A stretch of 64,000 nt of DNA from Mytilus trossulus (Eukaryota), in assembly GCF_036588685.1 (NCBI RefSeq), contig NC_086379.1, positions 80,972,001 to 81,036,000 on the forward strand, given 5' to 3'. Positions 1 to 12,600 of this stretch are shown here, piece after piece (position 1 is the first letter of the stretch; every line of letters starts with the position of its first letter). The notes under the pieces are model-generated. The model did not search any database and was not told the origin of the DNA. It was given only the letters and a program-made list of their open reading frames with translations. Position numbers and translations under genes: made by a program.

Positions 1-678
1 AGTAATCTAATTATCATTTTAAAACATCTTCAATAGACGTAAATGTTGTCCCCTACTTATCAGATGAAGACATTATGTAACCTATCAGATTGGTCAATAA
101 AATCAACATATTATACATGTAACATCACAAATGTTATTTCATAGCTTGTAGGCAATTTTTATAAATTATAGGATTGTCCCAAATTTTATTCAGCTCTATG
201 ATATATACTTGCCTTGAAGTTAATCACCTCATCCTAATCCTTGATCCTGCTTTTTTAAATGGTTTTGTTTGTTTTAGTCCCATCTTCTGTCAAATCCTGT
301 TATTCATAGATCTAGTTAATAGCAATAAAACAAAATGTAGAAGAAAATGTCAGCCAAATGGAGTTGATTTTAATTGTAGTGTTTTTCACTCCAAATGATG
401 TGAAAAAGAATAATGGAATGCATACTTATGTTTTTTTCTAAGGTCGGGTTGTTTTCTCTTTGACACATTCCCCATTTCCATTCTCAATTTTATTATGCTG
501 AGGTTAAGATTTATCTTGCTATGTTGCCTGAAATCCTCTATACAGCTTTGAACTTTCAAAGATGAAATTTTGATTTGAAATGGAGAACACGTTACATGTT
601 ACATAGAATATTTAAACCAAAGTTTCCTTTCAAGAATTATTAACTACTTATTTGATTTTGTATCATATTTTATTTCAG

Positions 679-3600
679 CCTAAAGGATTACACATTTTGG
701 ATAAAAATGAAATTACAGCAGAGAATCTTGATCACCACCTTTACAAACAACAGAATTTACGGGTAAAATATTTTAGATGCATGTTCCAAAATACACTTTG
801 TCATTCATTATTAAGTTGTAAATATCAAATTATTTAGATTTTTCTGCCATCAAATGTAAAATGTATATGCATACTTCTCACTTGAAATAAATGATGCAAG
901 TGCGACCAAGATTTTACAAACTCACCAAAGATGAGTTTTTATCCAGGGTCATGTAATAACTTGTGATCCCAGTATTTATACTGTTGTCAACTGTTTCTTG
1001 TTTAATGAGAACTTTGACTGGTTAAATTTTTGAGGTTTGGTCTTTTTTTCGAATGCTATATGCAATAAGTCAACTATACTAGGTGTATGGAAGAATTGTT
1101 AGCTGTATATGCCTGCCTGTCATGGTTCATCTGACCTTGACCTCATTTTCACGGTTCATTACTCAGTGTTAAGTTTTTGTTTTTTGGTCTGTTTCTTAAA
1201 ATAAAATCAAAAGGTCTACTTTATTTGTTCTATGGAAGAATTGTTAGCTGTATATGCCTGCCTAGCATGGTTCATCTGACCTTGACCTCATTTTCATGGT
1301 CATTGGTCAATATTTAGTTTTCTTGGTTAATGCTGAGTTTATGTGACAGTTGTAATAAAGCTTTATATTAAAGACTATCAACATAATATCAATGATTAGT
1401 AAGGAAGGCGAAACATTTCAGTGTGTGCACTCTTGTTAATATTAAATTAAGGTAATGTGGTATGATTTCCAATGAGACAAATATATAGAAATGAGCTTAG
1501 TCCAAAGGACCAGGATTTGAACAACTGGTTGTTAAACTACAGCCTTAAACATTTAGCAGTGTTCGAGGAACACAACATAATTAGAAATATAACACAAAGA
1601 CAAAGTGCTTATGTCCCCTTTAAATTAAAATTGCTGTTCCTATTCTTTAGTATTTTGATTTTCTTATTGTATCATTTAGGACAATATTTATTATTCAGAT
1701 CAGAAAAAAATAGTAAACTTGTTATTACTAGACTTTTAAGGATAATTTAATCTTTATCACCCTAACTATTTTTAGCCTCGTTCAAAAGATAAAAGAAATT
1801 TTAACGTTGGGATCCTGGATTCCCTTTGGCCAAATGGAATTGTACCTTATATTGTTAAACATAGTAAGTATAAACTTTATTATTTTACACAATCAGGAGG
1901 GGCATTGACTAGTTTCTTCAAACAGATCCTTTTCACAGGTTTTCAATTAGATTAATTTGAACGGTTTCATGCTTAGTTTTAGGCATGATAAAGTTTTCAC
2001 ATACTTAAAAGTATAAATAATAATTTGTGCTTGCAATTTTATTATTTTAAATTTAAACTCATTTGAAAGTGCTGCAATTTTTTGTAATAGTATATTAAAA
2101 CAAATTCATGAATGGAAATATTTCTAAATGAAAAGAGACTTGCATTCAAGCATTGTATTCATTAATTTACAGGCAATGGTGCATCTAAGACCTTGATAAC
2201 TGATTCAATAGAAGAATTCAATAAACACACATGTGTCCAGTGGATACCAAGAGATGATCAGACAGACTATGTATCATTTGAAGAAGGGGGAGGGTAAGAT
2301 ATCATCCATCAATTAACTTTTATTGAATAATAAGCAACATTTCTATGGCAAGATAATGCAATTTATATATAACAAGTAAGACGAAACACAGTTAAGTTTG
2401 AATAAAACTTGAACATTACATGCAGGGCTCACGCTACCAGGCGACTTGGGCGAAGAAGTCGCTTTCCAGACCGTCACTTCGTTTTCCCCGACCCTCAAAA
2501 GCGAAGACAAGTCGCCCTGTTGTTTACGATACTCGCTTTCAGTCGCTTCTGTCATCGGACATTTTCAATTTTTACCAAGTTCTTTTTATTAATAATCAAA
2601 GAAATTTAGACATAAACGATTAATTATCTCATGAAATGAGGTTGAAGCATCGTTTTTGCAGTGTTTAGCAAGTTATTTGATAAAAATACAACTTTTTATC
2701 ACTTCGTGCACTTCCGAAAGTTCCGGTGCTTGTTACTTGAAAACGTACATCAACCTAACTTTCGGCTGCAAAATAAGTTTGTTACTTCATTTAAACTTGA
2801 TAAAAGTTGCCCCCAGTATATATTCAATCCATTTATTGCATTAAAAACGTCATGGTCCTTTCCAAATAACTTGTCAAACATCGTTTATTTTTGTAAATTT
2901 TCTTGCAATCGTCCGCCATTGTCCGATATCTAAACTACGGATCGGAAACGGACCAACTATGACGGAAATCCGTATTTTTACAAAAATTACTACGGACGCA
3001 CGGATGGAACAGCTGACAGAAGAATATTGATCCCAAAAGGAAAAATTACACATTCCAAACACATTAAAAGACTTTTGGTTACATCTTAATAAACTCATCA
3101 TTGATTGGTGTATATAATTCCCTATAATTTATATGGATTGTTGTAAACTATTGTAAAGTTGCTTAACTCTTATACTATTACACTAATATCAATTTATTAT
3201 GGCCCAGCTTACCTTTACATATCTTTTGATGAGAAACACTGATTTCATACACAAGATATTTTTCCATTAAATTGTAATTGATATATTATAAATTCTTTAA
3301 ATTTAAATTTTTTTTAAATTTTTTTTTAGTGCTAGACATTTAGTTGGTAGTTTCTCACAAGGACCTTAGTAAAATTTAAACAACTTTTAATTTGAAATGT
3401 TACTTTAATTGAATACTCAGATATGAATTGAACAATATAAAAAGAACATTATTTACAAATGACTGTTTATACTACAGTAAAATCCAAATATTGTAGCGCA
3501 CCGCGCGAATGAGCACTTCTCTTTCAAATCTCACCACTTCTCCCTATCAATTTCAAAAAGAGAAGTCACTTCTCCCTATAATTCTGAAGTAGTGTGAGCC

Positions 3601-6600
3601 CTGTACATGTATGTATAAATAAACCAATCACATGTGTTTGCAGTATCAATTTTACCATAAGGAGGTCTCAAAGTTGAAGAAACATAATATGTTCTTAAAC
3701 TTTTCAAAACTTGAGTCTTAATGCAGATGTTTGTCAATTAAACAGTATTATAATCATGTTATAAATGACAATTCTAGATTACAGCTTTCCGTAAAAGCAT
3801 GCAAAGCAAACCATTGATTAACTTGCTTGCTATATTGGTTTGGATGTTTGTAAACAAAAAGTAGGTAGTCTATTTCAGTCTGGAATATGATTGGACAATA
3901 AACATTAAATTCATTTCATGACAATTCTTATTGTTCAATCAAATCTCATTAATAATAACAACAGACTGAAATCCTCCTACCTACTGTTTGCAAACAACCA
4001 AGCAAACATAGCAAGCAAGTTGATCAATGTTTTGTTTTGCATGCTTTTAGAGAAGAACTGTAAAAGTTTTTCAATAAGATGTGTATTGCTACTTTCCTAG
4101 GCAATGTCAATGACGATGTCTTATAAACTGTTATTGTGTTTTACTCTTCTTCCCTGAGAAAAACTATTTTCAGTCAAGTATCTTGATATGGAAAATTATT
4201 ACAAATAGATCTAAGCAATTTATATTTAGAAAAAAGCTTTAATGGTAATTTTTCAGAGATGTGACAATAAAATCAAATGTTGAATTTATTTAATCTTAAT
4301 CAAACAAAATATAATTCAAACCAAGATCAAGAAATAAATCAATTTTGTTGAAAATAAGTTTTTTCTAAACATTTAAGTATTGAAACAATATATCTGTAAC
4401 TTTTCTTGTTTAAAATATTGCCTATGTACCCTCTGCCTTCTGATTACAGATGTGGATCTTGGATTGGTATTGTTGGTGGTAAACAAAGCATTACACTACA
4501 AGATCCTGGATGTATAAACGTAAGTTTTATTAGTTTGACAGAGCAGACAAAACTTATTCAAGCATATACTGTATTGTCACTACTTTGTATAAGTATAACC
4601 ATATAAGTTTTAAAGGGACGAGATGAAAATTGAGAATGGAAATGGGGAATACGTGAAAGAGACAACAATCCGACCAAAGAGCAGATGACAGCTGAAGGCC
4701 ACCAATGGGTCTTCAATGCCGTAAGAAAATCTGCACCTAGAAGTTAACCTCAGCTGGCCCCTAAATAAAAATATTTACTAGTTCAGTAAAAATAGACTTC
4801 ATACTTATCTTCAAAACATAAATGAAATAAATTTAAAAAACATACAAGACCAACAATGGCCAGAGGCCCCTGACTTGGCCATGCATAAAAATGTGATCAG
4901 GTTCCAAATGTTTTGTGAGATCTCAACCTTCCTGCTATACTTCTAGCCAATGTAGAATAAACAAACATACAGTATACACACAGTAAAACTCAGTTATGTA
5001 TTGTATTAGGACTTGTAACATTGCAGCTTTACAGTCTGTCATGAAATGCAGAACCTTAATATATTTTGTTACCTAATATCAAGATTCATATTCAGCAATT
5101 TTGTTCCAGTTTTATTTTTTAAATTCATAAATGCAAATAGATATATAAAATCCTGTTTATATCATCATATTAAATATTTATTTCCAGGTTGAAACAGTGA
5201 TCCATGAAATGTGCCATGCTTTAGGACAGTTACATGAACAAAGCCGTTATGATAGATACCCATATCTCAGAACCAACTGGCAAAATATACCAGTTATGTG
5301 GGCATACAATTTTGATATGGCTTACACAAACAACCATAACCCATATGATCAGCATTCTGTTCTACAGTATAGCTTGTCTGTAAGTATTGAGAATGATCAG
5401 CCATAACCCATATGATCAGCATTCTGTTCTACAGTATAGCTTGTCTGTAAGTATTGAGAATGATCAGCCTTAACCCATATGATCAGCATTCTGTTCTACA
5501 GTATAGCTTGTCTGTAAGTATTGAGTTTGATAAGCAACTGTATAAAATAAAAAAAATATCTAATCACATACCTGCAAATTTTTCAAAATGTCCATGGGGG
5601 TTTTACGTGCAAGATGGCTCTTATAGTCCTGAAAAACCTTCAAGGGGGCCTTCAATTACATTTTAATGTTGTTTTTTGACTTCGTCATACTTTTGAGCCA
5701 TTGTAAAATTACTTGTTTTGTTTATAATTGTGGTCAAAATTGCTCTTTCAAAATTTCCCTTTGGGAGCCTCCATAGGGGAAATCCCACGCTAATAGTGAC
5801 AGTTGGCAGGTATGTAATCATTCCATTTTAAGCCTAAAACTTTGACTGGCTTTGATAAGATTAACACTATCAAAGTGAGTATGCTCAACAGATAAAAATA
5901 TATTTTAAAGATGTCTAAGTGGATTTAAATTTTTTCATGGTATTATTTCTTTCATGTTCAAACTGTGGTTGTCTTGTCTTCAGTTCTTCATTTGGTAAAA
6001 TTCAGTTATTATATTTCCTTCATGTCTTTGCTCATATTTATCTGAGACTGATTGATAGTTGGTTGCTTAACGTCCAGTGGCAAATATTTCATGCATGTTC
6101 ATGACAATTTTTATCTGAGAAAGAATAGTAAACTTTTATAAACTTTATATTTAAAGACCCAAGCAATGTGTATATCCCAGATACTCTCATCTTTGGAGAT
6201 TTTTTTTCATGTATACTGTACATCACTTTTTATTCATCTAATATGTTATATTGGTATTGATAGGGATTATGTTTTAGTACTTATTTAAAAGTAATTATGT
6301 GATTTCAGTCTTTCAGTACCAGTAACCAGAAGAAGAGTATGTACCTGACGGATTCTAAACTTAATTTCCTCACAGAACAGACAAGGAACCTCACATTCTA
6401 TGATATACAAGACATAACTGATACTTACCAGTGTACTAGTAAGTTATTTAACTCAATTCGAATTATCTAAGAAAGTACCTGGTCAAAATAATTTTTCTAA
6501 TAGGTTAGTAGTATAACTCCTCTTTTCCTGACAATTCCCTGAAAGAGTTACGTATATAATATTGTTTATTTTTTGTCATAGCTAAGGTCAGAGAACGATA

Positions 6601-9600
6601 AATATGGTCTGATGAAAGTGAAGGACAATGCTCAAGAGAAAATATAAGAAGGATATTAGTTTATGTATAAAGTCATTTTCTGTTTAATTCAAATTTGTCT
6701 GTATCATCTACACTTTATTTTGTTTATATTAACAGAGGATTGCAGTGAACCTCCAGTGTGTGACAATGGTGGATATGTAGATTTTAAGTGTCAGTGTTTA
6801 TGTCCAGAAGGACTTAAAGGTCCAACATGTACTGAAACAGAAGGAAGTAAGAAGCTTTGTTATAATGTTTTTACTTGAGCTTTGATTTTATACTTTCACC
6901 AAAGCTTTGATTTTATGTCCTCACTACAGCATGGTCTTGTCAGTCGCTTAACCATCCCAGAACAAAACAGTTGTCTACTTTTTGCTTTGCCTGGTAAGCA
7001 GACATTGAGTTTTATTATGATAAATTGTTTATCTTATAGGGAAAATCTGATAAAAATCTGGATTCTTTTTTAAATAGTTGGTTTCTAAAAAAAGGTAATT
7101 TTGGATTGTATTTTTTTCAATTAATCTTTTTGTATTTTAGACTGTGGAGGTATAGTTGACTTAACTGTTGGTACACCTTACATGATCAAATCTTCAAATT
7201 ATCCATCACCATACAATATTGGGGACAACTGTGTTTGGGCTTTGAAGGTATGTATTTATGTTTTATTTCTTCTTCTTCATTTAAGTTTCAAATTTTGTTT
7301 CTGCACACTAACTTTAAGTACTCCTAATCCAAATTTTAAGAAACTCCTACGCACTGCTAAAGACCAAAACTAGCAAACAGAATTCGAATTTGGACAGTGA
7401 GTCATCTACCCTTCTAGAGATTTGCCCCTTTAAAACTTGAAAAATTGCCAAAAAAAATTGTTTTTACACTTGAACTTCAAATTTAACTCGTTAAGTTATA
7501 ACTCATCCAAATTTTATTATCTCATACACAATAATTAGAACCAAAATTGCAGACAAGAGTTTGAATTTTGGCAGTGAGTCACTAACCACTTTAGAGTTAT
7601 GCCATTTATAACATGGAAAACTGAAAAGCTTCAGCAGGTGCAGTTGTGTCCTCAGACACATTCTTCTTTTATTTTTCAATTTTCAAATTGTTTCAATAAA
7701 ATCAGTTATGTATATCTGTAGGCTCCAGCCGGTGCTAAAATAAAGGCCACAATAACAGACATGGACATAGCTTATAATCATGAACTGACTAGATGTTATC
7801 ATTGGTTAGAAGTTCAGTATAATTTGATTGGACAACCAGGAATTATGTAAGTTTGTAGAATCATGAACTGACTAGATGTTACCATTGGTTAGAAGTTCAG
7901 TATAATTTGATTGGACAACCAGGAATTATGTAAGTTTGTAGAATCATGAACTGACTAGATGTTACCATTGGTTAGAAGTTCAGTATAATTTGATTGGACA
8001 ACCAGGAATTATGTAAGTTTGTAGAATCATGAACGAACTAGATGTTACCATTGGTTAGAAGTTCAGTATAATTTGATTGGACAGCCAGGAATTATGTAAG
8101 TTTGTAGAATCATGAACGAACTAGATGTTACCATTGGTTAGAAGTTCAGTATAATTTGATTGGACAGCCAGGAATTATGTAAGTTTGTAGAATCATGAAC
8201 GAACTAGATGTTATCATTGGTTAGAAGTTCAGTATAATTTGATTGGACAACCAGGAATTATGTAAGTTTGTAGAATCATGAACGAACTAGATGTTACCAT
8301 TGGTTAGAAGTTCAGTATAATTTGATTGGACAGCCAGGAATTATGTAAGTTTGTAGAATCATGAACGAACTAGATGTTATCATTGGTTAGAAGTTCAGTA
8401 TAATTTGATTGGACAACCAGGAATTATGTAAGTTTGTAGAATCATGAACGAACTAGATGTTACCATTGGTTAGAAGTTCAGTATAATTTGATTGGACAAC
8501 CAGGAATTATGTAAGTTTGTAGAATCATGAACGAACTAGATGTTACCATTGGTTAGAAGTTCAGTATAATTTGATTGGACAACCAGGAATTATGTAAGTT
8601 TGTAGAATCATGAACGAATTAGATGTTATCATTGGTTAGAAGTTCAGTATAATTTGATTGGACAGCCAGGAATTATGTAAGTTTGTAGAATCATGAACGA
8701 ACTAGATGTTATCATTGGTTAGAAGTTCAGTATAATTTGATTGGACAGCCAGGAATTATGTAAGTTTGTAGAATCATGAACGAACTAGATGTTATCATTG
8801 GTTAGAAGTTCAGTATAATTTGATTGGACAACCAGGAATTATGTAAGTTTGTAGAATCATGAACTGACTAGATGTTACCATTGGTTAGAAGTTCAGTATA
8901 ATTTGATTGGACAACCAGGAATTATGTAAGTTTGTAGAATCATGAACGAACTAGATGTTATCATTGGTTAGAAGTTCAGTATAATTTGATTGGACAGCCA
9001 GGAATTATGTAAGTTTGTAGAATCATGAACGAACTAGATGTTATCATTGGTTAGAAGTTCAGTATAATTTGATTGGACAACCAGGAATTATGTAAGTTTG
9101 TAGAAAAGTTTTCAATAAGTGTTCACCAATTAGAAAAATAGATACAAGATCATGTTTGAACATTGGGTCTGAAGGTATATGGATGTTCATAGGATTTTGA
9201 TTTTAAATTTCTATTAAAAGATGCAGCATTGATAAAATTCAAGTCAAATTTATTCATCTGTCTTTCTGTCCATCTGCCTGAAAACAAGTTTGCAGTCAAA
9301 TATTTTCATAGAAACCAGCCCGAATAAAATTTTTAGTAAAGGGCAGCTATTACATAATATAGAAATTATTATTTTTTCCAGAAAATGTGGAGAGCTTCAA
9401 GGTGGACAAACACTAGAATATGAAACAACTAATAATGGAGAATACAACTTGATGATGTTTAAATTTGATAGTCAATTTGTAAGCAGTAAAGAGCCAACTA
9501 GGGGATTCTTTATGATTGTGGAGGCATTCAATGCTGGTATGAAAATTTCATTTACTCTTAATGCTCTTCTCTGAAACAAAATGAGCTAAATGGAACTAAA

Positions 9601-12600
9601 CCTGACCAAATTATCCCTTTTCAATTGAGTTTCAAAATTTGACAGGTAATTTTGCTGAACAACCAACATTACCCTTGTTGCTACAAAAGGAAGTACAATT
9701 TACAAATATGAAGCTCTGATTTGTTATTAGATATTATTTTCATTTCAAGTGTTATACATAGGGCAATGAGCAGCAAATGTAGTAAAAAGGAGTATTTATG
9801 ATGATATATTTGACATGTACATGCTTAGAAATATTATACAACACATTCCTTCCCAACAATGAAATGGAAATGCTATCAATATGAAGGGATGGAAATATTT
9901 TTTTTTACATTCTGATTTTATTTCAGGTTGTCATAATAACCCCTGTGATTCTGGAGGAACCTGTTTAGAAGGACCAGGGGATGGAACCTTTGTTTGTTTA
10001 TGTTTACCTGGCTACAGTGGAACTACTTGTAACAAAGTGACTGGTAAAGTTATTTTATATTAGCTCACCTGGTTTTTATGCACCAGATGAGATACTGTCA
10101 TTACTTATGAACAAATTTTAACCAAACTTGGGCTGAATGATCTTTAGTGAGTAGTACAGCCAAATAATTTTCATTTATGAATGAGAAAAAGGAAATTTAA
10201 AGTTAAAATTTAATGTACTCTATAGAGAACAATAGCTATTTAATTTATTCAATGAGACATGTCAATTTCAAAAATTAGATTGGTTTCCATCCTTACTCCA
10301 TATAAATTCTTACACTGGCTATATATTTTATTTTAGCCACAGCTGTTGTTACATGTGACTTTGAAACAGATCTACTTGGGAATTGTTTTATGGATTCTGA
10401 CAGAACTACTGATATAGAATGGAGCATGTTATCGGTATGAACAAATGATGCTAATTTCATTTCCTTTATTTTTTGCCCCAAAACATAATTAAATATTTGT
10501 TTCCTTCACTTACAGACACTCTATAACAGTTAAAACATGAGCATTTTTTAATAGTATACGCAGTGGCTGTATTGCCTAATCCACATTATATTGTACACTG
10601 TATTCAGCATTACTGGTATAACTGTAGGTAATTCTGAGGTGTAACAGTATATAAAGTGTAACATAACTGTGTGACTGCATAAAGGTGTATGGTGCAGTTT
10701 ATATTTATTGCGAAACTACGAAAAACAAATTAAGAGTCTGGAAGGTTCTTGTAGTAGTATTTACATTACTTAGTTGTATAGCTAGAGGTGTTATATAGTA
10801 TGATAAAATTTTCAGATTTTATTTATTGTATACATATATACACATTATTTTGTAGGCATTTTACATGAGTTCCAGAACAGTTTACCCACAAACAGGTCAT
10901 ATTATGGCTGGTTTATATATTTATAAACTAACATATTATGGGGATGTTGCTCGACTTGTAACAAATTTAGATTTTGAAGGTAACATTGTGCTTGTATAGA
11001 AATTACCCAAAAAACGCTTTGAATTGCATTGTTTTATAGAAGTCATACCTGCCAACTGTCACTATTTGCAGGGGATTTCCCCATGGAGGCTCCCAAATTG
11101 AAATTTTGAAAGAGCAATTTTGTCCACATTTAAACAGAACAATTAATTTTACAATGACTTTAGGCTTTTAAAAGTATGTAGAAGCCAAAAAAACAACATT
11201 CAAATGTATATGCAGACCCCCTTGAAGGTTTTTTAGGACTAGGACAGTCATCTTGCACGCAAAACCCCCATGGGCATTTTGAAAAATTGGCAGGTATGAG
11301 AAGTTTCAGCCACTGGCTTTTTTTAGTTTCTCTGTTATGTTTTTTAATTAGTATAAAGAGATAATAGAAAAACTGATATATGTCCAGAGACCAAAACGTC
11401 TGAAAAATGTTAATATTCTTATCATTTTTTTTTTGTAAAAAAAACTGCAGTGTTTGTCTTTTTATACCAGGTTCATATTGCTAGATAATTTTTTGCAACA
11501 ATAAACAAGTAACTTTTGATTGACAAAAGGCTGGTGGTTGTGTATTTTCAGAACTAGAAGTATCTAAAAGTATCTATTTATTTTTCTCTTTTCATTAAAA
11601 ATAGTATACTGTAGGTTAATAACATTTGTTATTGTCTTTAAAATTCTATCATTTAACTTGTTGATATTGTTTGACTACCATTTATATTGTGCACTATACC
11701 AGAGTATGGTTAAACTTTTATTAATTATGATACAAATTATAAAGAACTTTCTTTGATTTACTATCAGAAAAAAACCATCAATGATTAACAGTCATAAATT
11801 AATAAATTTTAAAGAAATATTTCTCATGGATCTTTAACCAAAATATTTTATTATCAAATTAAAAACAAGCCTGAAAGAAAGTGCAACCATTTAAGTACTT
11901 CATAAAACATTTTTTTTGTACTTTTTCATATATAAGCTGGAGATAGATGTTTACAGTTGCTATACCAGATTACAGTTTATGCAAATGATCCTAATTTCTA
12001 CTTGGATATAAGTTACACTGGTAAAGATCAGTCGAAGACATCACTTTTATACCAGAAAGCAGATACTTCAAACAAGTGGAAAAGTTTAAATCTGGATATA
12101 CCATCAGTTGAGGATTTAAAGGTAAAGCAGTGAACATAAAAAATGAAAATTTGAGTCATGGATACCCTCTGTACATGAAATGTTTGCCACTGTTTAAGAG
12201 CCAATGGGGTATACTGTGCCTGACATTGCAACTCCTTGTCTCTTTGATTTGTATGTTGTTTTAACACATTTCTTATATTTGTGCCAATGAGCAATTAAAC
12301 AATAACATTTGACTTTAAGGTACATGTATCAATTTAAAGTTGAGAAAGATAATGGATGTTGAACATTTACTATGACTAATTTTCATCACACTTATATTTG
12401 ATATTCATGTTGCTTTATGTGTTACCTTACTATTTTCAATGATTTTAAATATTTTTGAATTTAGAGAATGTTGTTTTCTTTGTCCTAAAATTGGTTGATT
12501 GTTTAGAATCCATTGACAGTCCTATGATTGAATGTGAAAGATACATCAAAAGAAAAATGAAACGCCACATACCTGCTGTTTGTTTTGTTTACTGCTTTAG

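Noticed and set aside
37-76. Possible upstream prodomain exon (VNVVPYLSDEDI)
   Set aside because: Weak donor (gtaacc), and its phase-2 end does not join the phase-0 exon at 679.
7776-9105. CRISPR-like look of the regular arrays (also 25717-29455)
   Set aside because: The units are contiguous with no unique spacers, there are no cas genes, the context is eukaryotic, and the units derive from exon ends.
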